The notes under the pieces: model-generated | Told to the model about the DNA's origin: nothing | What the model saw: the letters and a program-made list of their open reading frames with translations, nothing else | The model's database searches: none | Assembly: GCA_036149055.1 (NCBI GenBank) | Contig: JAYZQJ010000215.1 | Coordinates: 1-60,655, forward strand | Reading direction: 5' to 3' | DNA: 60,655 nt | Origin: Myxococcota bacterium | GTDB lineage: Bacteria; Myxococcota_A; Polyangia; Polyangiales; Sandaracinaceae | Position numbers and translations under genes: made by a program | In this document: one piece after another, positions 26,882-36,465 of the stretch | How the letters are laid out: each line of letters starts with the position of its first letter | How positions within the stretch are numbered: position 1 is the stretch's first letter

Positions 26882-27973
26882 GTGCTACCTGCGATCTCGG
26901 TGGGCACCGCGGCGATTCTCCTGACGGTCTACGTCTGCCTCGCGCTCGGCACGAGCTTCGTGTGCTCGGTGCTGGAGGCGGCGCTCCTCTCCACTCGCGA
27001 GGTGACGCTCACGCGCCGCGTCGACGAGGGGGACGCGGGGGCGAAGCGCCTCCTCGACATCAAGCGTGATCGCATCGACGACGCGATCAGCGCGATCCTC
27101 ACCCTGAACACCATCGCCCACACCGTCGGCTCGACCATGGCCGGCGCGCAGGCCGCGATCGTGTTCGGCGACCAGTGGGTCGGCGTCTTCAGCGGCGTGC
27201 TGACCTTCCTGGTGCTGGTGGTGACCGAGATCATCCCGAAGACGCTGGGCACGGTCTACGCGGAGCGCCTGATCGGCTTCGTCGGCACGACCATCTCGTT
27301 CCTGATGCTCGCGCTGAAGCCGGTGCTCTTCTTCACCCGGCTGCTGACCGGCCTCTTCACCAAGCAGGGCCACGAGACGCGGGTCTCGCGGCGCGAGGTG
27401 GCGGCGCTCATCGGCATGGCCCGCCGGCAGGGCTCGATCCGGGAGGACCTCACGCTGGCCCTCGGCAACCTGCTGCGCTTCGACGAGGTCCGGGTCTCGG
27501 ACATCATGACGCCGCGCACGGTGACCTGGATGCTCCCGGCCGACGCGACCATCGACGATCTGCTCGGCGAGCGGGAGCACCAGATCTTCAGCCGGCTGCC
27601 GCTCTTCGAGGGCGAGCGGGACCACGTGAAGGGCTACGTGCTCGTCCGCGAGGTGCTGTCCCACGCCGCCCGCACCGGCGACAAGAGCGGGCCGCTCTCC
27701 GACCACATGCGCCCGATCAAGATGGTCCCCGAGACCATCAACGTCTCCCGCCTCCTCGAGCAGCTGCTCGAGTGGCAGGAGCACGCCGCGGTGGTGGTCG
27801 ACGAGTTCGGCGGCATGGAGGGCCTGGTCACCCTCGAGGACGTGCTCGAGACGCTGCTCGGCAAGGAGATCCTCGACGAGCTCGACACGGTGGCCGACCT
27901 CCGCCAGCTCGCGGTGGAGCTCCGGGACCGCCGCATGATGCGGCGCACCGGCGAGTTCGAAGAGGGGACCTGA
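26882..27973 (+). CDS. CNNM/DUF21-CBS hemolysin-family membrane protein
   Basis: SFVCSVLEAALLS, ILTLNTIAHT, TEIIPKT, IMTPR, VVDEFGG..GLVTLEDVLE. Confidence 0.92.
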   Translation: MLPAISVGTAAILLTVYVCLALGTSFVCSVLEAALLSTREVTLTRRVDEGDAGAKRLLDIKRDRIDDAISAILTLNTIAHTVGSTMAGAQAAIVFGDQWVGVFSGVLTFLVLVVTEIIPKTLGTVYAERLIGFVGTTISFLMLALKPVLFFTRLLTGLFTKQGHETRVSRREVAALIGMARRQGSIREDLTLALGNLLRFDEVRVSDIMTPRTVTWMLPADATIDDLLGEREHQIFSRLPLFEGERDHVKGYVLVREVLSHAARTGDKSGPLSDHMRPIKMVPETINVSRLLEQLLEWQEHAAVVVDEFGGMEGLVTLEDVLETLLGKEILDELDTVADLRQLAVELRDRRMMRRTGEFEEGT

Positions 27974-28348
27974 TCAGGTGCCGCGGCGGCCGTGGCCGCC
28001 CTGATCGGCGCACGCGCCGCCGTCGCTGTCGGTGATGCCGCTGCCGTAGACGCCGTAGTTCGCCGGATCGCTGCACTGCCCGGCGTCGGAGTCGGTCACC
28101 CCCGTCGGCCCGCGCCCGTAGCCCGCCGCGTCGGCGCGGTAGCCCGCGTCCTGGTCGGTCATGCCGCCGACCGTGGTCGGCTCGGAGTCGACGTAGACGG
28201 TGCCGCACCCGCTCGCGATCGCCGCGGTGGCGGCTCCGGCCCCCAGCACCCCGAAGAGTTTCCGCCGTCCGACCTTGCGCGGCCCGACCTCGAAGTCCTC
28301 GTCGCGCAGGCTGCGCTCGGGTGCCTTTTCGTCCTTCCCGTCCTCCAT
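27974..28348 (-). CDS. Tat-exported lipoprotein with three TDxDxG repeats
   Basis: GRRKLF twin-Arg, IASGC lipobox, repeats GMTDQDAG / GVTDSDAG / GITDSDGG; GGAGGTG RBS. Confidence 0.75.
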   Translation of the reverse strand: MEDGKDEKAPERSLRDEDFEVGPRKVGRRKLFGVLGAGAATAAIASGCGTVYVDSEPTTVGGMTDQDAGYRADAAGYGRGPTGVTDSDAGQCSDPANYGVYGSGITDSDGGACADQGGHGRRGT

Positions 28349-28504
28349 CGCCTCACCTCCCGCGCCGATCGTATCCGAGTCAGCGGGAGGCGAAAATACC
28401 GATCTGGACGGACGCAGGAAGAGCGTCTCCGGGTGTGGACGAAGGGACCAAACCGTGTGCAATCGTTCCCGCTTCGTCACCTCGGCTGGTAAGCTGCGCG
28501 AATC

Positions 28505-29053
28505 GTGCGGCGATTCACGATCGAGTTCGGTGACCACGAAGTCCTGCTCACCCCCGGCCACTGGCGCATCGGGCGAGACCCGGCCTGCGAGCTCCGTATC
28601 GACGACGAGTCGGTGAGCCGCCGGCACGCGAGCCTCCGCGTCTCCGAGATGGCGGTGGAGCTGACCGACCACGGGAGCCGGAACGGCGTCCGGGTGAACG
28701 GCCAGCGGGTCTACGGCTCCGTGCAGCTCGCCCCGGGCGACACGCTCGACGTCGGCCCGCGCAAGCTGACGCTCCGGGAGCAGGGGCCGGCGGACTCCAT
28801 CGACAAGGTCACCCGCCCGATGCCCAAGATCCCGCGGGAGGGGAGCGACAGCCTGGCGCTGCTCAGCCCCCGCGAGCGTGAGGTCTTCGAGCGGCTGGCC
28901 CGCGGCCAGACCCAGCGCGAGGTCGCGGAGGAGCTCGGCCTGAGCGTCAAGACGGTCGAGACCTACCGGGCCCGCATCGGCGACAAGCTCGGCCTCAAGA
29001 CCCGCGCCGATCTGGTGCAGTTCGCGCTCGAGTCCGGCGTGCTGCGTCCTTGA
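28505..29053 (+). CDS. FHA-LuxR transcriptional regulator
   Basis: IGR..C...IDDESVSRRHA..D.GSRNGVRVNG (FHA), then LSPREREV..LGLSVKTVETYR (LuxR HTH). Confidence 0.9.
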   Translation: MRRFTIEFGDHEVLLTPGHWRIGRDPACELRIDDESVSRRHASLRVSEMAVELTDHGSRNGVRVNGQRVYGSVQLAPGDTLDVGPRKLTLREQGPADSIDKVTRPMPKIPREGSDSLALLSPREREVFERLARGQTQREVAEELGLSVKTVETYRARIGDKLGLKTRADLVQFALESGVLRP

Positions 29054-29089
29054 CTTCGACCGAGCCAGGTCCTCGACCGACGGCGAGGC

Positions 29090-30631
29090 TCAGGTGCGGT
29101 GGCCGCGCTCGTGGATGGCGCGGACCTCGTCGAGGGTGGCCGCGTCCGAGGCGGTCTTGTCCTCGCGGTAGCGCTTCACCCGGGCGAACCGGAGCGCGAG
29201 GCCGCCCGGGTACTGCGGGCTCTCCATCACGTCGCTGAAGGCGATCTCCACCACCAGCTCCGGCTTCACGTGCACGACGTGGCCTTCGCGGCCGATGGAG
29301 AGGGCGCCGAGCTTCTCGGTCTGCCACGCGAGCATCGCGTCGGTCATGCCCTTGAAGGTCTTTCCGAGCATCACGAAGCCGCCGCCCTCCGGATCGCGGG
29401 CCGCGAGGTGGAGGTTGCTGAGCCACCCGCTCCGGCGGCCGGAGCCCTGCTCCACCGCGATGATCACGAGGTCGAGGGTGTGGCTGGGCTTGAGCTTGAG
29501 CCAGGAGAAGCCCCGGCTGCCGGCCGCGTAGGGGTCCTCGAGGCTCTTGGCCATCAGGCCCTCGTGGCCGTGGCCGATCGCGTCGTCGAAGAACGCCTCC
29601 GCCTCCTCGACGTCGGCGGTCAGGATGCGGCGCACCCGGTGGGGCGGGGCGATGGCGGCGTCGAGCGCCTCGATGCGCGCGCGGGCCGGCAGATCGAGCA
29701 CCGTCTCGCCGTCCACGTGGAGCGCGTCGAAGTAGAGGTGGCTGAGCGGCAGCTTGCCGCGCATCTGGGCCACGTTCGACTTGCGCCCGAAGCGGCGCAT
29801 CGTGGTCTGGAACGGGTGCGGTGAGCCGTCGGGGCGCAGGGCGATCGCCTCGCCGTCGAGGATCAGCGAGCGGGCCGGGAAGGCGCGCGCCGCCTCGACG
29901 ATCTCGGGCACGCGGTCGGTGACCTCGTGCAGCCGGCGGCTGTAGACGCGGACCTCGTCGCCGTCCTTGTGCACCTGGACCCGGGCGCCGTCGAGCTTGA
30001 GCTCGAACGCCGCCTCGCCGAGCCGGGCCATCGCCGCCTCCACGTCGTCGGCCGGTGACGCGAGCATCGGGAGCACCGGGCGGAAGAGGGTCAGCTCGAA
30101 GCGGGAGAGCGACGCCTCGCCTTCGAGCAGCGCCGCGGTGGCCACGTCCGGGACCGAGCCGGCCAGCATCCCGGCGCGCCGCACCTTGGCGGCGTCGATG
30201 CCGGTGGCCTCGCTCACCGCCTCCACCATCACCCCGACCAGCGCGCCCTGCCGCAGCTCGCCGAGCACGAGGTGCGTCAGGAACCGTCGCTCCTCTTCGG
30301 TCGCGCGGGCGAACATCGCCCCGAGCAGGTCCTTGCGGCGCTGCGTCGAGCCCGCGCCGGAGACCCCGGCGAGCTCGCCGAACCGGCGATGGGTCTCGAG
30401 CAGCTCCAGCGAAGGCGCGGCGGCCGGCTCGCCGGGCGCGAGGTCCCGGAAGATCGCCCAGCCCAGCCCGATGCGCCCCTGGGGCAGCCGCCCCGAGAGG
30501 TACGACACGCCGACGGGGACCTCCTCGGGGGACATCGCCCGGAGCGTCGCCGCGAGGCGGGCCTGCTTCGCCTTGCGAGAGCGGGTCGCGCCCACGTCCC
30601 GCGAGGTCTCGACGATGTCGGAGAGCCGCAC
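29090..30631 (-). CDS. ATP-dependent DNA ligase (LigB-like)
   Basis: ELKLDGARVQVH adenylation motif, LDGE, EGLMAK, WLKLK, ALRFAR; N-terminal DNA-binding domain. Confidence 0.95.
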   Translation of the reverse strand: MRLSDIVETSRDVGATRSRKAKQARLAATLRAMSPEEVPVGVSYLSGRLPQGRIGLGWAIFRDLAPGEPAAAPSLELLETHRRFGELAGVSGAGSTQRRKDLLGAMFARATEEERRFLTHLVLGELRQGALVGVMVEAVSEATGIDAAKVRRAGMLAGSVPDVATAALLEGEASLSRFELTLFRPVLPMLASPADDVEAAMARLGEAAFELKLDGARVQVHKDGDEVRVYSRRLHEVTDRVPEIVEAARAFPARSLILDGEAIALRPDGSPHPFQTTMRRFGRKSNVAQMRGKLPLSHLYFDALHVDGETVLDLPARARIEALDAAIAPPHRVRRILTADVEEAEAFFDDAIGHGHEGLMAKSLEDPYAAGSRGFSWLKLKPSHTLDLVIIAVEQGSGRRSGWLSNLHLAARDPEGGGFVMLGKTFKGMTDAMLAWQTEKLGALSIGREGHVVHVKPELVVEIAFSDVMESPQYPGGLALRFARVKRYREDKTASDAATLDEVRAIHERGHRT

Positions 30632-30646
30632 GATCTCAGCTTCGGG

Positions 30647-31495
30647 TCAGACGCGGGCGGTCACCACCCCGGCGCGCACGCGCAGGGTGAGCGGGCCGCC
30701 GCCGAAGTAGGTGTCCAGGTGTTGCTCGACCTGCCGGAGCCGCTCCGCCCCGTCGGCGTCGAAGCCGGCGATCCAGCGCCACTCCGGCACCGCGATGAGC
30801 CGGAGCGCGGGATCGCTCATGAGCTGCGCGGCGCCGTCGAAGGGCAGGTGGAAGTCCTCGGTCTCGACCTGCACGTCGGTGAAGCCCGCGCTCTCGACGA
30901 TCGCGCGCAGGGTGGAGGGCGCCGGGTAACGCACCGCGATCCGGTCGACCCGGCCGGCGATGTCGTCCTCACCGCGCTTCAGCGCGATCTCGCGGAACAT
31001 GTCGAGCACCTCCTCGAAGGTGCCCTCGAGCGCCTGGGTGAGGATGAGCGCGCCGCCGCGCACCAGCACCCGCCGCATCTCGCTCAGCGCGCGCTCCGGC
31101 TGCAGGAGGGACGAGAGCGTGAGGTTGCCGACCGCGAGATCGAAGACCTCGTCGCCGAAGCTCAGCTGCTCGGCCGCCTCGGTCTTGAAGAAGATGCGCC
31201 GGCCGGTCTCGCCGAGCGCGCGCCGGCGGGCGAGGTCGATGAGGGAGGGGTCCGGGTCGACCGCGATCACGCGGCCGCCGTCGCCGAGGCGCCGCATCAC
31301 CTCGAGCGCCGGGTAGCCGGAGCCGCAGCCGACGTCGAGGACCTGGAGGCGCGCGCCGGCCGGGACGTGCCGGAGGAGCAGCCGGCCGAAGAGGGTCGAG
31401 TAGCGCGGGACGACGTGCGCGTCGTAGACGGCGGCGTCCTCCTGGGACAGCGGCGCGGGGAGCCGCTGGGAGCTCTTGCGCTGCGGCCGGCTCAC
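30647..31495 (-). CDS. Class I SAM-dependent methyltransferase
   Basis: VLDVGCGSG, FDLAV, ALSEMRRVLVRGG. Confidence 0.9.
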   Translation of the reverse strand: MSRPQRKSSQRLPAPLSQEDAAVYDAHVVPRYSTLFGRLLLRHVPAGARLQVLDVGCGSGYPALEVMRRLGDGGRVIAVDPDPSLIDLARRRALGETGRRIFFKTEAAEQLSFGDEVFDLAVGNLTLSSLLQPERALSEMRRVLVRGGALILTQALEGTFEEVLDMFREIALKRGEDDIAGRVDRIAVRYPAPSTLRAIVESAGFTDVQVETEDFHLPFDGAAQLMSDPALRLIAVPEWRWIAGFDADGAERLRQVEQHLDTYFGGGPLTLRVRAGVVTARV

Positions 31496-32121
31496 GGCTC
31501 GCTTCCGAGCTCCTCCAGCGCGGCGGCCGCGAGCTCTCCGATCGTCGTGGGCGCCTCGTCGACGTCCTCCAGGGTGGCCTCGCGCTCATCGTCGAGCAGC
31601 GGGCGGAGGTGATCGGCCGCCGACGGATCGCCGAAGCCGGCGAGCGCCTCGATGGTGGCCGCGACGACCTGCGGCTGCGGGTGCGCGAGGAAGCGCGCGA
31701 GCAGCGGGATCGGGTCGGGGTCGCGGACCTCGGTGAGCACGAAGGGCAGCTCGGTCATGCCCTCGCCCTCGTGCTGCGCGTCGAGGCGGCGCTCGATGGC
31801 CCGGGCGACCTCCTTGAAGCGCTCGTAGGCGACGTCGAGCAGGGCCTCGCCCGCGTTGGTGCGGATCTGGGGATCGGGGTGGTCGAGGATCGAGAGCAGC
31901 GCGTCGGCCATCTCCGGGCCCGGCACCTGCGCGCAGAGATCGGTGAGGGCGCGGAGGCGCAGCTCGGACTCGTCCGGATCGTGATGATCGAGCGCCTCCT
32001 CGACCGCGTCGGTCAGCAGGGGGACGAGGCTCGACGGGTCCCCGTCGAGCAGGGCGTACTCGGCCTCGCGGGCCTCGCGGGAGGCGTCGAAGAGGCGGCT
32101 CAGGTGGGCTCGGGCAGTCAT
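31492..32121 (-). CDS. HEAT-repeat protein
   Basis: LDHPDPQIRTNAGEAL, LAHPQPQVVAATIEAL. 4-bp overlap with the methyltransferase. Confidence 0.85.
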   Translation of the reverse strand: MTARAHLSRLFDASREAREAEYALLDGDPSSLVPLLTDAVEEALDHHDPDESELRLRALTDLCAQVPGPEMADALLSILDHPDPQIRTNAGEALLDVAYERFKEVARAIERRLDAQHEGEGMTELPFVLTEVRDPDPIPLLARFLAHPQPQVVAATIEALAGFGDPSAADHLRPLLDDEREATLEDVDEAPTTIGELAAAALEELGSEP

Positions 32122-32202
32122 GCGAGGCGAGCCTACGTCGCCCGGCGGTGCTTCGGAAGGGGCGCCGCGCGAGGCCGAAAGATGCTACGTTCTCCGCTCC
32201 GA

Positions 32203-33624
<1,422 letters not shown>

Positions 33625-33664
33625 GCGGCTTGTCTGCCCGGCGAGATCCCGTAGGGTCTGCGCC

Positions 33665-34717
33665 ATGCCGACCAAGCCCTTCGAGCCCCGCGGCGTCTGG
33701 CCCGCGCTCGCCACCCCCTTCACCGACGACGGCGAGATCGATCTCGACCGCTACCGCCGCCTGATCGAGTTCGTCGTCGACCAGGGCGTCACCGGCGTCG
33801 TGCCCTGCGGCACCACCGGCGAGTCCCCGACTCTATCGTGGCAGGAGCACGAGGATCTGGTCGGGGCCGCGATCGACACCGTGGACGGCGCGGTCGGCGT
33901 GCTGGCGGGGACCGGCTCGAACAACACCCAGGAGGCGATCCGCGGCACCGAGGACGCCTACCGCCGGGGCGCCAGCGCCGCGCTCCTCGTCGACTGCTAC
34001 TACAACGGCCCGAGCAGCCTGGAGCTCCGCACCGAGTACTACGAGCGCGTGCTCAAGGCGGTGCCCGAGATCCCGCTCGTCCCCTACGTCATCCCCGGCC
34101 GGACCGGCTGCGCGCTCGGCGCCGAGGACCTCGCGATGCTGCACCAGAGCGCGCCCGAGCGGGTCCCGGCGGTGAAGCAGGCGACCGGCGACCTCGACCG
34201 CATGCGCCGCGACCGCGAGCTCGCCGGGCCGGGCCTCGCGATCATGAGCGGGGACGACGACATGACCCTGCACATGATGAACGATCCGGCGATCGCCGCG
34301 TCGGGCGTCATCAGCGTGATGGGCAACCTCGTGCCCAAGGCGCTCAGCGAGATGGTCGCGGCCCGGGCCGACGGCGACGTCGCGCGGGCCGGCGAGATCG
34401 CCGCCCAGATCGGCCCGCTCCTGAAGTGCGTCGGCGTGAAGGCGCACGCGGTGCGCGAGCTGCCCGACGGCCGCAAGCTCCAGGTGGTCGACGGCTTCCG
34501 CAACCCGCTGCCGCTCAAGACCATGATGGCTGGCCTCGGCGTGATCGGCCGCTACGGCCGTCGCCCGCTCGGTCAGATGAGCGCCCCCGCGGTCGAGGTC
34601 GTGCGCGGCGCGGTCCGCGCGGTCTGGGAGGCGGCCCCCGAGTGGCTCCGCCCGATCGAGGACGCCTTCGACGTGCGCATCGCGAAGCGCCTCGAGGACG
34701 ACGCCGCCTGGCGGTGA
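33665..34717 (+). CDS. dapA: 4-hydroxy-tetrahydrodipicolinate synthase
   Basis: ALATPF, CGTTGESPTL, AGTGSNNT, YYN, YVIPGRTG, VKQATG, SGDD. Confidence 0.88.
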   Translation: MPTKPFEPRGVWPALATPFTDDGEIDLDRYRRLIEFVVDQGVTGVVPCGTTGESPTLSWQEHEDLVGAAIDTVDGAVGVLAGTGSNNTQEAIRGTEDAYRRGASAALLVDCYYNGPSSLELRTEYYERVLKAVPEIPLVPYVIPGRTGCALGAEDLAMLHQSAPERVPAVKQATGDLDRMRRDRELAGPGLAIMSGDDDMTLHMMNDPAIAASGVISVMGNLVPKALSEMVAARADGDVARAGEIAAQIGPLLKCVGVKAHAVRELPDGRKLQVVDGFRNPLPLKTMMAGLGVIGRYGRRPLGQMSAPAVEVVRGAVRAVWEAAPEWLRPIEDAFDVRIAKRLEDDAAWR

Positions 34718-34776
34718 TCGAGAGGTGGCAAACGGCGCCGGGGCAGTCCAAGCCCGCTACCGCGCGACCGACTGAC

Positions 34777-34862
34777 CCGAGACGACGGCAGGAGACGAGC
34801 CAGCGAAGTCGCCGCACGCGCCACGCACAAGTCGTTCGATCCCGCGGCAGCGGGCGGCCAGC
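34777..34862 (+). repeat. Dispersed palindromic repeat, family A, copy 2
   Basis: Aligns with 60581-60655 and with the reverse complement of 19-102. Confidence 0.9.
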
Positions 34863-34889
34863 TCGCGCGCGACCGCTTACAGTGGGCGC

Positions 34890-35798
34890 GTGACCCGCAC
34901 GCTCACTTCCTTCGCGGTCGCCTGTCTCGCGGCCGCGCTGCTCACCGGCTGCTACGAGTCGCACCCCGGCACCGCGACGCCCGTCGACCCGACCGACGAC
35001 GGGGGCATCCCCATGCCGCCGCCGCCTCCGCCGCCTCCTCCGCCCCCTGCGGGCGATGGGACGTTCGTGGTGTCGTCGCTGCGGCTGCCCGCGCCGACGG
35101 GAGGCCGCGCGCCGGGCGTGGACCTGGACGGGATCGACTCCCGCGAGGGGAGCGTCGACCCGAGCGCGACCTGCGAGGAGTTCGTCCCGGACTTCACCTC
35201 GCTCCATGGCGGCGAGCCCGGCGTCGACAACGCCTGGGTGGAGCTGGCGCCGACCTTCGAGTCGCTGATCGGCGCCAGCTACGACGAGCTGCTCGCCGAG
35301 CGCATCGCGGCCGGAGACCTCCTGCTCGGGGTCCGGCTCGAGGGCGCGGACGCGTCGCTCGTCGCGCTGAGCCCCACCGGACCCCTGCGGCTCGACGGAG
35401 ACGGACGGCCTGTCGCGGGGCAGCGCTTCGAGGTGGTGGAGGTGCTCGCGGGCGGCGTCCGGAGCCCGGCTGGAGATCGGGAGCGGGTGACGCTCGAGGG
35501 GCCGCTCCGTCTCCCGGGCGTGGACATGTTCCTGCCGCTGCTGCCGATCGCCCAGCTGAGCCGGGCGCAGCTCGAGTACCGGGTCGCTCCGGTCGGCCTG
35601 CTCGAGGGCGAGCTGGGCGGCGTCGTCGACGTGGAGCTGGCGGTGGCCCTGATCGCGAGCTTCATGCCGGGCATCGAGGACACGGTGCGCTCGATCCTGG
35701 AGAGCGTGGCGGACATCGACCCGGGGCCCGAGCCGCAGGTCTGCGAAGGCCTCTCGATCGGCATGGCCTTCGACGCGGTCCCCGCCGAGCTCGAGTGA
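34890..35798 (+). CDS. Hypothetical lipoprotein with Pro-rich linker
   Basis: LLTGC lipobox, poly-Pro, GVDLDG / GVDN motifs. Confidence 0.8.
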   Translation: MTRTLTSFAVACLAAALLTGCYESHPGTATPVDPTDDGGIPMPPPPPPPPPPPAGDGTFVVSSLRLPAPTGGRAPGVDLDGIDSREGSVDPSATCEEFVPDFTSLHGGEPGVDNAWVELAPTFESLIGASYDELLAERIAAGDLLLGVRLEGADASLVALSPTGPLRLDGDGRPVAGQRFEVVEVLAGGVRSPAGDRERVTLEGPLRLPGVDMFLPLLPIAQLSRAQLEYRVAPVGLLEGELGGVVDVELAVALIASFMPGIEDTVRSILESVADIDPGPEPQVCEGLSIGMAFDAVPAELE

Positions 35799-35800
35799 CG

Positions 35801-35841
35801 GAAACGAAGAAGGCGACGACCCGAGAGGGGCCGTCGCCTTC
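35801..35841 (-). terminator. Intrinsic terminator between convergent genes
   Basis: GAAGGCGACG (35809-35818) pairs with CGTCGCCTTC (35832-35841); TTCGTTTC follows on the minus strand. Confidence 0.7.
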
Positions 35842-35861
35842 GCCGGTTCGAGGCGCTGGCC

Positions 35862-36383
35862 TCAGGGGTGACGCGAGCGGAGCTCGGTCACGTGCAGGGT
35901 GCCGCGCACGTTGGTGTTGGCGCGGTAGCTGCCGATCCAGATGTCGTACTGGCCGCTCGGCGGGTTGTTGATGTCGACGGTCGGGTTGAGGCCGCCGAAG
36001 CTGTCGTCGTTGCAGTGCCAGTTGCCCGACGCGTCGTTGATCACGAGGGTCGTGTCGCCGCTGCCGTTGGGCGTGAAGTAGAACCGCAGGAAGCTCGCGG
36101 CGTTGTTGTAGTCGAGGATGTAGTCCGGCTGCGCCGTCGCGAAGCCACGGCAGCCCGGCGACAGGCTGAGGCTGCTGACGTTGATGCTGCCGCCCGAAGT
36201 GATGGTCGTCGTCCACGGGTCGGGCATGAAGCCCCCCGAGAGCGCCGTCCGCCCGAAGTTGCTCGAGCTCCCGCCGATGACCAGCCGCGCCTGGGCGACC
36301 ACATCTCCGCCGAAGGCCGCGAAGCCCAGGGTCAGTGCGGCCAGGATGACCGCGAAGAGTCCACGCTTACCAATTGCTCGCAT
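35862..36383 (-). CDS. Secreted pre-peptidase (PPC-like) beta-sandwich protein
   Basis: Signal peptide, GFMPDP, C.GF...PD, DTTLVIN...W.CNDD...NP, SGQYDIWIGSY. Confidence 0.8.
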   Translation of the reverse strand: MRAIGKRGLFAVILAALTLGFAAFGGDVVAQARLVIGGSSSNFGRTALSGGFMPDPWTTTITSGGSINVSSLSLSPGCRGFATAQPDYILDYNNAASFLRFYFTPNGSGDTTLVINDASGNWHCNDDSFGGLNPTVDINNPPSGQYDIWIGSYRANTNVRGTLHVTELRSRHP

Positions 36384-36465
36384 CCGGTTTTTCCTCCCGT
36401 TGGGAGTCGGACGGATACGGCAGCCCGCCATTCAATGAAAGGGCAGAAATTTCCACTTCAGGAAA

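Noticed and set aside
29090..32121. HEAT-methyltransferase-ligase cluster as a defence or NHEJ system
   Set aside because: No Ku, nuclease or DNA-methyltransferase motifs; the methyltransferase looks like a small-molecule class I type.
34834..34860. GTTCGATCCC...CCA resembling a tRNA 3' end
   Set aside because: No paired T-stem, acceptor stem or anticodon arm could be formed; it is part of repeat family A.
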